DNA of 64,000 bases, taken from contig JAQGMJ010000049.1 of the NCBI GenBank assembly GCA_028292405.1, forward strand, positions 257,353-321,352, read 5' to 3'. Positions 31,456-41,929 of the stretch are shown here, piece by piece. The stretch's first letter is position 1. Every line of letters begins with the position of its first letter. The notes under the pieces are model-generated. The model was not told the DNA's origin. It made no database searches and saw nothing but the letters and a program-made list of their open reading frames with translations. Made by a program: the position numbers and the translations under genes. Source of the DNA: Betaproteobacteria bacterium (lineage in GTDB: Bacteria > Pseudomonadota > Gammaproteobacteria > Burkholderiales > JAEUOS01).

Positions 31456-32631
31456 ACGTTGCGCCACCAGCGCCTTCTTGTTGCTGTTCTCGGGGCTGCG
31501 CTGATAGATGTCGGGGTAGAACACCACGCGGCCGTCGTTAACGTCCGCGAGTTGGTAGATGATGAACACCGGCACCTTGGGCGTGGCCTCGAAAAAGGTC
31601 TTGCGGGTGGACACCTTGCGGTCGATGCTGCCGACTTCGGTGCCATTCATCCACGCCGCCAGCTCGCGCCAGCGCTCGACGCGGATGCAGCCGGAAGAAC
31701 GGGCGCGGGTGGCGCGGGCGAACAGGTTGCGCTCGTTGGTGTCGTGCAGATAGATGTTCTCGCTGCTATCGGTCTCGAACTTCAGCAGGCCGAGCGCCGC
31801 GCGTTCGCTGGCGGGCTGCACGAAGTGATAGCCGGCGTTGCGGATGTCATCCGCCGAGAGCCCCTCCCATTCGACTGCCTTGCCGGCGCGGTCGACCAGC
31901 ACCAGGCCGTGGGCGCGAATCCAGTCGCCGCCGTTGGCAAGATTGGGGTAGATGTCGCGCTTGAGCACGGTCGCCGGCGGCGTCCAGTCCGGGTTGAACT
32001 TGATGGCGCGGATGTTGATCATGCCCAGCGGGGTCTGGCGCTCGGGGCGGCCGACGATGGCTCTGGAGGCGAGTGCGAGGTTGTCGTTCGCCACCGCCTT
32101 GACTTCGAAGGCGGGGACGTTGACCACCAGATACTTGTCCGCGCCCATTTCGCGCGCCTTGGCACGTATGCCTTCCCACTCTGTGATCAGGGCGTCGATG
32201 CGCGCCGCGCGTTCGGCGGCGGAAAGGGCGAGTGCGTTGTAGAGTTGGCTGTCGGCCATTCCATCGGCCGCCAAGCCGTAGAAGCGCTGGGCGGCGGCGA
32301 TGCGCGAGGCCAGCGCGGCGTCCACCGTGTCCTGTTTGGTCGCGCAGCGTACGAAGCCGCGCGCTTCGAGCGCGTTGCACAGCATAGCGATTTCGGGACC
32401 CTTGCTGCCTTTGCGCAGGGGTTTGGCGGGGACCGCAACGTGAGCGGCGATGGGCGCGCCGGTATCGGCTTGCGCGGCATCCAGCCAGGCCTGCTTTTGT
32501 TCGGCAAGGCGCGCCAGCATGGCGGCGACGCTGGCGTCGTTATTGGTGTCCACCTGTTGCGCCAGGCCGGCCTGCGACCAGGTTAAGGTGAGGGCGGCCA
32601 GGCCGGCCGCCAGGATCTGCTTGCGCTGCAT
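31453..32631 (-). CDS. L,D-transpeptidase family protein (YcbB/LdtD-like, PG-binding plus YkuD domain)
   Basis: Signal peptide 'MQRKQILAAGLAALTLTWSQAGLA'. YkuD catalytic 'LHDTNERNLF...RARSSGCIRVE'. ATG follows GGAGGAAACAACA. Confidence 0.85.
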   Translation of the reverse strand: MQRKQILAAGLAALTLTWSQAGLAQQVDTNNDASVAAMLARLAEQKQAWLDAAQADTGAPIAAHVAVPAKPLRKGSKGPEIAMLCNALEARGFVRCATKQDTVDAALASRIAAAQRFYGLAADGMADSQLYNALALSAAERAARIDALITEWEGIRAKAREMGADKYLVVNVPAFEVKAVANDNLALASRAIVGRPERQTPLGMINIRAIKFNPDWTPPATVLKRDIYPNLANGGDWIRAHGLVLVDRAGKAVEWEGLSADDIRNAGYHFVQPASERAALGLLKFETDSSENIYLHDTNERNLFARATRARSSGCIRVERWRELAAWMNGTEVGSIDRKVSTRKTFFEATPKVPVFIIYQLADVNDGRVVFYPDIYQRSPENSNKKALVAQR

Positions 32632-32984
32632 TGTTGTTTCCTCCGGTTGTTCAAGTCTGCGGAGGTGATGATGCGAGGCGCTGCGGCAAAGCCGGCGGCG
32701 CGGCGCGGGCAGGCTGCTGAGCAATTGTGGCGGAACTGTGGACGCCGCCTCAGGGAGCGTTGCACGGTGCCAGCGAAAAACGAAAAACGAATTGCGTGAC
32801 TTTTATCCCGCTTATACGGCTATGGCGGAGCATGGATTTAAACAAAAATTGCATTCCTGTGAGGTTTGCCGGTCTCCTGGTCCCGAGACTGCCTGCCGTT
32901 CGTCGTTATTCAACAAAGTCACGGGTCGTGCCGCGCTTGCGGCCCGGACGCATCGCCGCCATCAGCGGCGCGGAGTTTTTTGCA

Positions 32985-34604
32985 ATGAACAATCTTAAAG
33001 TAGGCAAGCGCCTGGCGCTGCTGTTCGGCCTGATTGCGCTGGTGATGGCGGTGATGGTCGGCTATGCCGGCCGCGTCATCTATGATCTGAGCGACAACAT
33101 GGGCGGGCTCACGCTCAAGCGCGTGCCCAACATGATGGACACCGGCCGGCTCGGCATCTCGGTGCTGCAGGCGGCGCGCAACGCGCGCAACATGCTGATT
33201 CTGGAAGATCGCGCGCTGGTGCTGGCGGAAGTCGAAAACGAGCGCAAGGAATCGAAAGTCTCGCGCGACCTGCTGGCTTCGCTGGGTAAAAAACTGAGCA
33301 ACCCGGTAATCCTCGCGCAGTACAAGATCATCGATGAAAAATACCAGGCCTTCGGCGCCGCGGAGGAAAAATACCTCGGCCTGGTGGAAAAAAACCAGAT
33401 GCCGGAGGCCAAGGCCTACCTGCTGCAGACCATGCGGCCGCTGCAGTTGGCGGTGATCAACGAGACCACCAAGATGGTCGACATGATGGGCCAGTCGACC
33501 AACAAGGCGGGACTCGAAGCCATCGCCGGAAGCGAAAGCAGCATGCGCGTGCTGGCCGGCGTGGCGGTTGCCGCGTTCATCGCCGTCGGCGTCATCCTCT
33601 GGCTATTCGCCCGCTCCATCGTCGGTCCGCTCAAGCGCGCCGTGGAAGTATCGGATGCGATTGCCGGCGGCAACCTGCGCAATGAGATCAAGGTGGACCG
33701 CCGCGACGAAATCGGCGCGCTGATGAAGTCGCTCGCCGGCATGCAGGGCAACCTGGCCGACCTGGTGCGCCGGATCCAGGGCAACGCCGGCCAACTAGCC
33801 AGCGCCGCCTCGGAACTGGCGACCACCGCCGAGCAGGTGTCGGCAGCCACCAACAACCAGAGCGAAGCCGCCGCCGCGATGGCCGCCTCCGTCGAAGAAA
33901 TGACCGTGAGCGTGAGCCACATTACCGAGAACGCCCAGCAGGCCAGCGAGAAGACTGCCGAGTCCAGCCGCCTGGCGCACGCCGGGCAGCAGGCAGTGCA
34001 GCACGCCGGCAACGAAATGACGCAGATCGCCGGCGACATCCACGGCGCCGCCGCGCTGATCGAAGGCCTGAAGGCGCAATCGCAGGAGATTTCCTCGATC
34101 GCCGACATCATCAAGGAGATCGCCGAGCAGACCAACCTGCTGGCGCTGAACGCCGCCATTGAAGCGGCGCGCGCCGGTGAAGAGGGCCGAGGCTTCGCGG
34201 TGGTGGCCGATGCCGTGCGCCAGCTGGCCGAGCGCACCGCACAGTCCACCGCCGAGATCGGCACCACCATCGCGAAGATTCGTGCCAGCACCGACAAGGT
34301 GGCTGCCGACATGGGCGCCTCGGTGGAGCGCGCCCGCAGCGGCGTGGACCTGTCGCAGAACGCCGGCAAACGCATCGGCGAATTGTCCGCCAGCGCCGCC
34401 GATGTACTCAGCGCCGTGCAGGAAATCTCCTCATCGCTGAAGGAGCAAAGCCAGGCGAGCAACGAGATCGCACGCCACGTCGAGAACATCGCGCAAATGG
34501 CGCAGGAAAATACCGGCGCGGTCGAGCAGACCCGTGACTCCGCGCGCACCCTGCAGGACCTGGCGGGTGCGCTGCAAGGCTCGGCAATGCGCTTTACTGT
34601 CTAA
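32985..34604 (+). CDS. Methyl-accepting chemotaxis protein
   Basis: N-terminal TM, periplasmic 4HB-like region, HAMP domain, and the highly conserved signalling hairpin '[40 protein letters not shown]'. Confidence 0.9.
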   Translation: MNNLKVGKRLALLFGLIALVMAVMVGYAGRVIYDLSDNMGGLTLKRVPNMMDTGRLGISVLQAARNARNMLILEDRALVLAEVENERKESKVSRDLLASLGKKLSNPVILAQYKIIDEKYQAFGAAEEKYLGLVEKNQMPEAKAYLLQTMRPLQLAVINETTKMVDMMGQSTNKAGLEAIAGSESSMRVLAGVAVAAFIAVGVILWLFARSIVGPLKRAVEVSDAIAGGNLRNEIKVDRRDEIGALMKSLAGMQGNLADLVRRIQGNAGQLASAASELATTAEQVSAATNNQSEAAAAMAASVEEMTVSVSHITENAQQASEKTAESSRLAHAGQQAVQHAGNEMTQIAGDIHGAAALIEGLKAQSQEISSIADIIKEIAEQTNLLALNAAIEAARAGEEGRGFAVVADAVRQLAERTAQSTAEIGTTIAKIRASTDKVAADMGASVERARSGVDLSQNAGKRIGELSASAADVLSAVQEISSSLKEQSQASNEIARHVENIAQMAQENTGAVEQTRDSARTLQDLAGALQGSAMRFTV

Positions 34605-34662
34605 ACAGGAGAGAGGGTAGGGGAGACACCTGGAGAGACCCGGGGAAAACCCCGGAGAGAGA

Positions 34663-35703
34663 CTAGCCCAGGTTGCGGAAGTGCTGGATCACAAAAGCAC
34701 CGAAAAGTGCATACAAAGGCAACACGGCAATAAGGGCGCGCGCGGTGACCCCGCCGCGCCGGAAGGCGACTAGCAAGTAGACAATCGCCACGGCGGTAAT
34801 CACGCCGGCGGCGAGCAGAGGCAAATCGAAGCGCCAGGGGGTGAAGAACAGCCCCAGCGCGCTCGGGATGGTGGCCTGGATCATCATCGCGCCCGAAATG
34901 TTGGCCAGCGCCAGGCGTTCCTTGCCCTGACGCACCCAGATCAGCGCGTTCATGGTTTCCGGCAGTTCGGTGGCCACCGGACTTAAGAGAAGAGCCACGA
35001 TGTGCGGCGCCCACCCCAGCGCCGCGCCGATGGCTTCCAGTTGCGCGACAAAAACGTGTGAGGCGTAGGCAATGACGGCGAGAGCCGCCACCGCCTGCAA
35101 CGCCGCCCATGCCAGCGTAGGCTCGGCCACGCCCGGGCGCAGCTTCAGCGGTTCCAGTTCTTCCTCTTCAGGCGCGGTGTCGCTATGGCTGACTTCACGC
35201 CAGACGTAGATTGCATAGGCGCCGAGAAACAGCGCGCCCAGCCAGGGCTTCCAGGCGAAGGCCACCAAGCCCAGCCCCACCTTGACCACGAACACCATCA
35301 GGAAAGCCGCCTGGTCGTGCGCCAGGCGCTTGTAGTCGGCCTTGATTTCGAGGTTCGGCCGGTTGAGCTTGCGGCGGTTCAGCAGCAGGGCCACGCCGAC
35401 CACCGCATAGGCGATGGTCGCCAGCACCAGCGGACCGCCCATCGCGGCGCCCACGCCGAGATCTTTTTGCTGCGGTGTGTTGCCAAACACTACCGCGAAG
35501 AATGTCACCGCCGATTCAGGCAGCGCGGTGCCGAAGGCAGCCAGCACGGTGCCCACGGCGGTGGCGCCCAGGTTCATGCGCCGGCCGCACCATTCGATGC
35601 CGTTGACGAAATACTCGCAGGCGAAATAGATGCCGCCGGCGGAGAGGAGGAACAGCGCGAGGGTGAGGATCATGGGAGCGAAGCCGGACGAGCGGGTAAC
35701 CAT
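34663..35703 (-). CDS. Ca2+/cation antiporter (CaCA/YrbG-like) membrane protein
   Basis: Polytopic membrane protein with two alpha-repeat-like segments ('LGTALPE', 'VATELPET'). Start uncertain (35703 or 35673). Confidence 0.75.
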   Translation of the reverse strand: MVTRSSGFAPMILTLALFLLSAGGIYFACEYFVNGIEWCGRRMNLGATAVGTVLAAFGTALPESAVTFFAVVFGNTPQQKDLGVGAAMGGPLVLATIAYAVVGVALLLNRRKLNRPNLEIKADYKRLAHDQAAFLMVFVVKVGLGLVAFAWKPWLGALFLGAYAIYVWREVSHSDTAPEEEELEPLKLRPGVAEPTLAWAALQAVAALAVIAYASHVFVAQLEAIGAALGWAPHIVALLLSPVATELPETMNALIWVRQGKERLALANISGAMMIQATIPSALGLFFTPWRFDLPLLAAGVITAVAIVYLLVAFRRGGVTARALIAVLPLYALFGAFVIQHFRNLG

Positions 35704-35989
35704 TGGCACGACGACGCGGCTCGCCCGGCAAAGGTCAAGCGCGAAGTGGCCAAAGGTCTCGTCTGGCTGGCTGCGACGTTTAAATAAATAAACGCGCGGC
35801 GGGCTGCGCATACCATGGAAGCAAGCTCCCAAGTCTGTTGACATGCGCTCTCCGGGATTAAGCCCCGGAGATGACTACTCCCCAATGAACGGAACGGAGT
35901 TTAGCAGAATCCGCTGCATTCCCGCTTTTTCGTCGGGGTTTCGGCAATGGAATCGACTGGCTCTGCCAGCGATTCCATGCAAATCAGGC

Positions 35990-36019
35990 CCGACAAAAGT
36001 AGGGTTGTACTTTTGTCGG
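35990..36019 (-). terminator. Hairpin after the quinone oxidoreductase gene
   Basis: CCGACAAAAGT-(8 nt)-ACTTTTGTCGG, an 11-bp stem located 5 nt after the stop. U-tract is weak. Confidence 0.45.
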
Positions 36020-36024
36020 AATAG

Positions 36025-36996
36025 TTAGAGCGTGACGACGATCTTGCCGGTCTGCGCGTCCGACTCCATGTGCTTTTGCGCCGCCGGCAACTGGTCGAAC
36101 GAAAACACCTTGTCGATCACCGGCTTGACCTTGCCGGCTGCAAACAGCGGCAGCCAATCGCGGACGAAACCGGCGACGGTCTCGGCGCGCTGCGGCGTGG
36201 TGCGCAGCTTGTTGGAGACGCCGAACAGGGTGAGGCGGTTGGCGTGCAGGGCATCGATGTCGAGCTCGGCCTTCATCGTGCGGTCGAGATAGCCAACGGT
36301 AGCCAGCCGGCCCATGTAGGCCATGGAGCGGATGCACTCGGCAAACACGGTGCCGCCGACGTTGTTGACCACCAGGTTGGCGCCCTTCTTGTCGGTGGCG
36401 TTCATTACGGCGTCGTAGATGCCGCCGCCACGGGTGACCACGGGCACGTCCAGGCCCATTTTCTTCAACTGGTCGAGCTTAGGCTTAGAGCCGGAGGTGC
36501 CGATGACCTTGGCGCCTATCGCCTTGGCGGTCAGCAGGCTGGCGACGCCGACGCCGGAGGTTACGCCGGTGATCAACAGCCACTCGCCGGCTTTCAGCTT
36601 GCCCTGCTGCACCAGCATGTCGTAGGTGACCAGGAACACCAGCGGGGTGGCGCCGGCCTCTTCCCAACTCATGCTCTCGGGCACGGGAATCGCCTCCAGC
36701 GAGTGGATGATGCTGAATTCGGAATAGGCGCCGGGCGAGCGGCCCATGACGCGGTCGCCGACCTTGAAGTTGGTCACGCCTTCGCCGATCGCGGCGACGA
36801 TACCGGCGGCTTCCTGCCCGGCGGGGCGGCCGCCGGCACCCTTGTGCAGGCCGTGGCCGGCGATGAATTCGCCGCGGTTGAGCGAAGCGGCCTTTACCTG
36901 CACCAGCAGTTCGCCGGCCTTGGGCGCGGGCTTGTCGGCGTCGCGCAGGTCGAGCTTCATGTGCTCGCCTTCCTGGGTGATGAAATAGGACTTCAT
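36025..36996 (-). CDS. NADPH:quinone oxidoreductase / zinc-type alcohol dehydrogenase family (MDR)
   Basis: 'GELLVQVKAASLNRGE', nucleotide-binding 'LLITGVTSGVGVA', C-terminal 'TGKIVVTL'. ATG follows CCGGAGAA. Confidence 0.85.
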   Translation of the reverse strand: MKSYFITQEGEHMKLDLRDADKPAPKAGELLVQVKAASLNRGEFIAGHGLHKGAGGRPAGQEAAGIVAAIGEGVTNFKVGDRVMGRSPGAYSEFSIIHSLEAIPVPESMSWEEAGATPLVFLVTYDMLVQQGKLKAGEWLLITGVTSGVGVASLLTAKAIGAKVIGTSGSKPKLDQLKKMGLDVPVVTRGGGIYDAVMNATDKKGANLVVNNVGGTVFAECIRSMAYMGRLATVGYLDRTMKAELDIDALHANRLTLFGVSNKLRTTPQRAETVAGFVRDWLPLFAAGKVKPVIDKVFSFDQLPAAQKHMESDAQTGKIVVTL

Positions 36997-37217
36997 GGGG
37001 TTCTCCGGATTATTGTTGCGGCGGCCGCGGCTTTGGGTCTGTATTTGCCCCGGGCAGCCCGCAATCATAGTCGAACCCGCCGGGGCGCATCAGGCGCGGC
37101 CGGCGTATGGAAACAATTAGCGCCCGGGCGCATCCGCGCGCATCCGGCCATTGCCGCGCGCCGCGAGTTCGTGCAAGATGAATCACGCGATAGGACGGAT
37201 CATCAGGAGCACGCTGA

Positions 37218-38198
37218 ATGAAGCTGGTTCGATGGCTGGGCTGTGGTTGCATGATGCTGGCGCTCTCCCACGCGCAGGCGCAAAACAAGGCGGGCGACCC
37301 TTACCCGGTCAAGCCGGTGCGCATCATCGTGCCGTTTCCGGCCGGCGGCGCGGTGGACGTGCCGGCGCGCATTGTGGCGCAAAAGATGGGCGAGAGCAGC
37401 GGCCAGCCGGTGATCGTCGACAACATCGCCGGCGCGGGCGGTACGCTGGGCAACGGCGCGCTGATCAAGGCGCCGCCGGACGGCCACACGTTTGTGATGA
37501 CCACCGCCGGCTCGATCACCATCACGCCCTCGCTCTACCCGCAGCGGCCCTATGACCCGGTGAAGGACTTCAGCCCGGTGACGCAACTGTTCACCCTGCC
37601 GTTCATCCTCACCACCAATCCCTCGCTGCCGGCGAAGACGGTGCCGGAACTGATCGCGCTGGGCAAATCCAAGCCGGGCAAGCTCAATGTGGCGACCTCG
37701 GGCAACGGCAACGACTATCACCTGGCGGCGGAGCTGTTTCGCAGCATGGCCGGCATCGAGGTCACCATGGTGCCTTACAAGGGCGGCGCGCCTTCGCTCA
37801 CGGCGATCCTCGCCGGTGAGGCCGACTGGGGTTTTCAGGTGATCTCCACTTCGCTGCCGCAGATCAAGGCGGGCAAGCTGAACGTGCTGGGCGTCTCGTC
37901 GCGCAAACGCGCCTCGGCGCTGCCCGAGGTGCCGACCATCGCCGAGGCCGGCCTGCCCGGTTTCGAGGCCGCCGGCTGGTGGGGCGTGCTGGCGCCGCCC
38001 GGGACGCCGAAGGACGCGGTGGAGAAATTGCGCGAGGCGGTGGTAAAAATCATCCGCCAGCCGGAGAACATGGAAAAATTCAGCCGCGAGGGTTTCGACG
38101 TCGTCACCACCACGCCCGAGCAGTTCGCGCAGGTGATCCGCGACGATTCGGCCAAGTGGGCTCGGGTGGTGAAGGCCGCCCATATTTCGGTGCAATAG
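37218..38198 (+). CDS. Bug-family (TctC-like) tripartite tricarboxylate transporter substrate-binding protein
   Basis: Signal peptide, then 'YPVKPVRIIVPFPAGGAVDVPARIVA...VVDNIAGAGG' Bug signature. Confidence 0.88.
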   Translation: MKLVRWLGCGCMMLALSHAQAQNKAGDPYPVKPVRIIVPFPAGGAVDVPARIVAQKMGESSGQPVIVDNIAGAGGTLGNGALIKAPPDGHTFVMTTAGSITITPSLYPQRPYDPVKDFSPVTQLFTLPFILTTNPSLPAKTVPELIALGKSKPGKLNVATSGNGNDYHLAAELFRSMAGIEVTMVPYKGGAPSLTAILAGEADWGFQVISTSLPQIKAGKLNVLGVSSRKRASALPEVPTIAEAGLPGFEAAGWWGVLAPPGTPKDAVEKLREAVVKIIRQPENMEKFSREGFDVVTTTPEQFAQVIRDDSAKWARVVKAAHISVQ

Positions 38199-38251
38199 AT
38201 CGCTGTAGCAGACCCGCAGTCAAGCCAGACCAACCACACGAGGAGCATTCG

Positions 38252-38974
38252 ATGGGCAAGGTAGCCGACTTTTCCACCCTTCCGTACAAGCAGGCCGCCG
38301 CCGGCGTGCAGCGCGCGCCGATCACCGGCAGCGAGATGAAGCAGATGGCGGCGGAAATCATCAAGCTGGCGCCGGGCGCCTCCGTCAGCGATGCCGTGCC
38401 GCCGGGTTCGGACCAATATTTTTATACGCTCACCGGCGAGGCCGGCATTGCCGCCGACGGGCAGGAACATCAGATGGCGCAGGATTCGTTCGCCGCCGTG
38501 CAGGAAGGCAAGCGCTACACCGTGACCAATGCGGGCAAGAGCGAAACCACCCTGGTGGCGGTGACGGCCCCTCCGCCGGGTTCAGGCGTGCAGCCGATGA
38601 GCGGCTTTGCCGGTGGGCTGGCGGTGGCGAACCGCGCGACCCAGCCGGTGGTCGACATCCCGGACCAGAAAAAGCAGCGCATCTATTTCGTCGGGAAGGA
38701 AACAGCGAAGTCGGAGCGGGCGCACGCGATGATCGTGGTCTACGTGCGCGACACCGTCACCGGCATGCATATGCATCCGAACGCCGAGAGCATGTTCGTG
38801 CTGCTGACCGGCAAGACCAAGTTCACCGTCAACAACGAGGACGTGGTGGTCGAGCGAGGCCAGGCGACGATCTTCCCCACGGGGGACCGGCATGGCCTGC
38901 GTGTCGCCGAAGGGGAGGGCGTGAGCTTCCTCGAGTTCCATTTGCCGGCGGCGTTTACCACGGTGAAGGGCTGA
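38252..38974 (+). CDS. Cupin (bicupin-like) domain protein
   Basis: Two cupin-like halves ('YFYTLTGEAGI', 'GMHMHPNAESMFVLLTGKTKFTV...GDRHGLRV'). Start at the internal ATG 38252 after GAGGAGCA. Confidence 0.65.
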   Translation: MGKVADFSTLPYKQAAAGVQRAPITGSEMKQMAAEIIKLAPGASVSDAVPPGSDQYFYTLTGEAGIAADGQEHQMAQDSFAAVQEGKRYTVTNAGKSETTLVAVTAPPPGSGVQPMSGFAGGLAVANRATQPVVDIPDQKKQRIYFVGKETAKSERAHAMIVVYVRDTVTGMHMHPNAESMFVLLTGKTKFTVNNEDVVVERGQATIFPTGDRHGLRVAEGEGVSFLEFHLPAAFTTVKG

Positions 38975-38979
38975 TCCGC

Positions 38980-39957
38980 ATGGGCGGCCGCGCAGGCGGT
39001 GTCGTGATGCGCGCGGGGCTGGCGCTCTGCGTGCTGCTGGCCGCGCTGCCGGCGGCGGCGCAGAACTTTCCGGCGCGGCCGGTGCGCGTGATCGTGCCCT
39101 ATGCGGCCGGCGGGCCGACGGACGTGGTGGCACGCGCCCTGACGCAAAAGATCGGCGAGGCCTGGGGCCAGCCCCTGGTGGTGGATAACATCGCCGGGGC
39201 CAACGGCGTGATCGCGCAGGAACAGGCAGCCAAGGCGCTCCCGGACGGCTACACCATCTTCGTGCAGAGCATGGCCTATGTGGTGAACCCGCTGATCTAT
39301 AAGGTGAGTTACAGCCTGGAGCGCGACTTCGTGCCGGTGAGCCTGGTGGCTTCGTTTCCGCTGATGCTGGCGGTGCATCCTTCGGTGCCGGCGAAGAGCG
39401 TCAAGGAGCTGATCGAGCTGGCGAAGGCCAAGCCGGGGCAGTTGAACTACGCCTCGTATGGGCAGGGCAGCATCGCGCAACTGGCGGCCGAGCTGATGAA
39501 GAACGCCACCGGCACGGAGATCACTCACATACTCTACAAGGGTGCGGCGCAGGGGCTCACCGACACGGTGGCGGGCCAGGTGCAGATGACCTTTCCCAGC
39601 ATTGCCACCGGCCTGCCTTTCGTCAAGCAGGGGCGCTTGAACGCGCTGGCGGTCACTTCGCGCACGCGCGCGCCGCAAATGCCAAATACGCCGACGATGA
39701 TCGAGGCCGGTATTCCCGACTATGAGGCGACTTCCTGGTTCGGCTTTTTCTACCAGACCGGTACGCCCAAACCCGTCATCGACAAGCTGCACCAGGAGGC
39801 GATGCGGGTGGTGCGTCTGCCTGACGTAAAGACCGCGCTGGATGCGCAGGCCTTCGAGGTTGTCGGCCTGGGGCCGGACAAGTTTCCGGACTTCGTGCGC
39901 AGCGAGACCCGCAAGTATGCGCACGTGGTGCAGGTGGCGAAAATCAAGGTGGAGTAG
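38980..39957 (+). CDS. Bug-family (TctC-like) substrate-binding protein
   Basis: Signal peptide, then 'FPARPVRVIVPYAAGGPTDVVARALT...VVDNIAGANG'. Confidence 0.88.
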   Translation: MGGRAGGVVMRAGLALCVLLAALPAAAQNFPARPVRVIVPYAAGGPTDVVARALTQKIGEAWGQPLVVDNIAGANGVIAQEQAAKALPDGYTIFVQSMAYVVNPLIYKVSYSLERDFVPVSLVASFPLMLAVHPSVPAKSVKELIELAKAKPGQLNYASYGQGSIAQLAAELMKNATGTEITHILYKGAAQGLTDTVAGQVQMTFPSIATGLPFVKQGRLNALAVTSRTRAPQMPNTPTMIEAGIPDYEATSWFGFFYQTGTPKPVIDKLHQEAMRVVRLPDVKTALDAQAFEVVGLGPDKFPDFVRSETRKYAHVVQVAKIKVE

Positions 39958-40042
39958 GGCGGGGCACCGGGATAGAGATAAAAGCGGAAGCAAAAGAAAA
40001 AGGCAGCGCGATACGCTGCCTTTTTCATCGAGCCGGTTGCGC

Positions 40043-40927
40043 TCAGGCGATCTTGCGAACCTTGTTGGTCAGGGTACCGATGCCGGTGATGGTGAGTTCC
40101 ATTACATCGCCATCCTTCAGCCAGGCTTGCGGGGTCATGCCCAGCGCCACGCCGGACGGGGTGCCGGTGATGATGGTGTCGCCGGGCTCGAGGGTCAGGC
40201 CGGCGGAAAGGCTGGCGAGGATCTGCGAGCAGTCGAACAGCATGTCGGAGGTGTTCGAATCCTGGCGCACTTCACCGTTGACCTTGAGCACCAGTTGGTG
40301 GCCGGAGACTTCGCCGAATTCGTCGGCGGTGACGATGCACGGGCCAATCGGGCAGGAGGTGTCGAGGCTCTTGCCCTTGAACCACTGGCCGTGGTTCTTT
40401 TGCAGTTCGCGCGCGGAGACGTCGTTGCCGATGGTGTAGCCGAAGACGGCGCCGAGGGCGTCCTTTTCCGACAGGTTGGTGCACTTCTGGCCGATGACGA
40501 TGCCCAGTTCGATTTCATAGTCTAGCTGCTGGGTGACCTTGCTGTTCCATAGCACTTCGTCGCCGTTGCCGATGACGGTAGTGGGCGGCTTCGAGAAGAA
40601 CTCGGGCACCGGCGGGAAGGCGACCGGGACATTACGGGCACGCGCGCCTTCCTCGATGTGCAGCTTGTAGTTGCGGCCGACGCAGAACACGTTCTTCTGG
40701 TAGTGCGGGATCGGCGCCAGCAGCTTGACGGAGGCGAGCGGCTGCCAGCCATCCTTGGCTTCGGCGGCTTTCTTGGCGCCGGCCAGCGCCGAGGCGCCGG
40801 CGGCGATGAAGGAGAGCATGTCTTTCGGCAGGCTGGGGTCGGCCTTGGACAGGTCGAGCACGCCCTTCTGGTCGTTGAGTAGGCCCAGACGCTCTTCGGC
40901 GCCGGATTGGAAAGTGACGAACTTCAT
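40043..40927 (-). CDS. Fumarylacetoacetate hydrolase (FAH) family protein
   Basis: 'KNVFCVGRNYKLHIEE', 'LDYEIELGIVIG', 'GYTIGNDVSARELQ', 'PGDTIITGTPSGV'. ATG follows CGAGGAGCA. Confidence 0.88.
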   Translation of the reverse strand: MKFVTFQSGAEERLGLLNDQKGVLDLSKADPSLPKDMLSFIAAGASALAGAKKAAEAKDGWQPLASVKLLAPIPHYQKNVFCVGRNYKLHIEEGARARNVPVAFPPVPEFFSKPPTTVIGNGDEVLWNSKVTQQLDYEIELGIVIGQKCTNLSEKDALGAVFGYTIGNDVSARELQKNHGQWFKGKSLDTSCPIGPCIVTADEFGEVSGHQLVLKVNGEVRQDSNTSDMLFDCSQILASLSAGLTLEPGDTIITGTPSGVALGMTPQAWLKDGDVMELTITGIGTLTNKVRKIA

Positions 40928-41341
40928 TGCTGCTCCTCGTTGGATGGTTGTACTGGCTTGCAAAGAACCCGCGAGATTACCACTGAGCGGGTTTGTGCGT
41001 GCTTGATGCCGGGCATAAGATCGACTGGCTGGAAGGCTCGGCCTACCCAGCCACGGCACCTTCATGGTGCAAAAACTTAACTAATTGATCAAGCGGCCTT
41101 ACTTATGTGCAAAGGCACAACTATTGGGTAATAAAGTGACGAATTTGGTCAGTTATCCGGCTTTAGGTTGTTGTATTTATACAGATAATGTGACAAACAT
41201 CACTTAAATACTTACTTAAAAGTACTTGTGTGCAACGCAACATTTAAGTACAATTTGTCTCATTGAGTGGCTGATCGCGCGCTTGGCAAGTAGGCAGTGG
41301 CGACGGGCACAAACCAGTTTAATCTCTCCGCAGGAGCCTTT

Positions 41342-41677
41342 ATGAACTTCTCGTGCAACTCTCTGACCACCACCCTGGCGCGGGACGAACTCCTGTCGCT
41401 TACCGACACCAACGCTTTCGAGATCGTGGCCCAATCCGGCTGCCTGTGGATCACGCTGGATAACGACACCCGCGACATCATTCTCGAGCCGGGCCAGCGC
41501 CAGACTTTCGGCGCCGGTGAACGTGCCTTGCTGGTGGCGTTGAAGAACTCGCAATTCCTGATTCACAAGGCCGCGCCGCAAGCTGTTGTTGCCGCCAAGC
41601 CGTCGCAAACAGGCTTTGACCTGTTCGGCGCGGTGCGCCGCGCGTTCAAGCCGGTGGGCAGCCCCGCCGCCGCGTAA
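41342..41677 (+). CDS. DUF2917-like small protein
   Basis: 'FEIVAQSGCLWITLDNDTRDIILEPGQRQTF' resembles the DUF2917 signature. ATG follows GCAGGAG. Confidence 0.6.
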   Translation: MNFSCNSLTTTLARDELLSLTDTNAFEIVAQSGCLWITLDNDTRDIILEPGQRQTFGAGERALLVALKNSQFLIHKAAPQAVVAAKPSQTGFDLFGAVRRAFKPVGSPAAA

Positions 41678-41714
41678 GTTGAGCGGGTAGCGCGCGCTTC
41701 GGCGTGCGGCGATG

Positions 41715-41745
41715 AAAAAGGACAGCATTTGCTGTCCTTTTTTTA
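41715..41745 (+). terminator. Rho-independent terminator
   Basis: AAGGACAGC-attt-GCTGTCCTT followed by TTTTTT. Confidence 0.7.
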
Positions 41746-41751
41746 TGCCCA

Positions 41752-41785
41752 AACGAAAAAGCCTGCGCGGACTCCGCACAGGCTT
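41752..41785 (-). terminator. Terminator after tRNA-Val
   Basis: Minus strand GCCUGUGCGG-aguc-CGCGCAGGC (1 mismatch) followed by UUUUUCGUUU. Confidence 0.55.
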
Positions 41786-41793
41786 TATATTCT

Positions 41794-41869
41794 GGTTGGC
41801 GCGATTGGATTCGAACCAACGACCCCTACCATGTCAAGGTAGTGCTCTAACCAACTGAGCTACGCGCCA
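41794..41869 (-). tRNA. tRNA-Val (anticodon GAC), encoded CCA
   Basis: Reverse complement TGGCGCGTAGCTCAGTTGGTTAGAGCACTACCTTGACATGGTAGGGGTCGTTGGTTCGAATCCAATCGCGCCAACCA. Anticodon loop TTGACAT. Confidence 0.9.
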
Positions 41870-41929
41870 GAAGCCACGCATTATATCGTGAACCGCGGGC
41901 GCCCTCAACCTCGATGTGGACTTTGCGTC

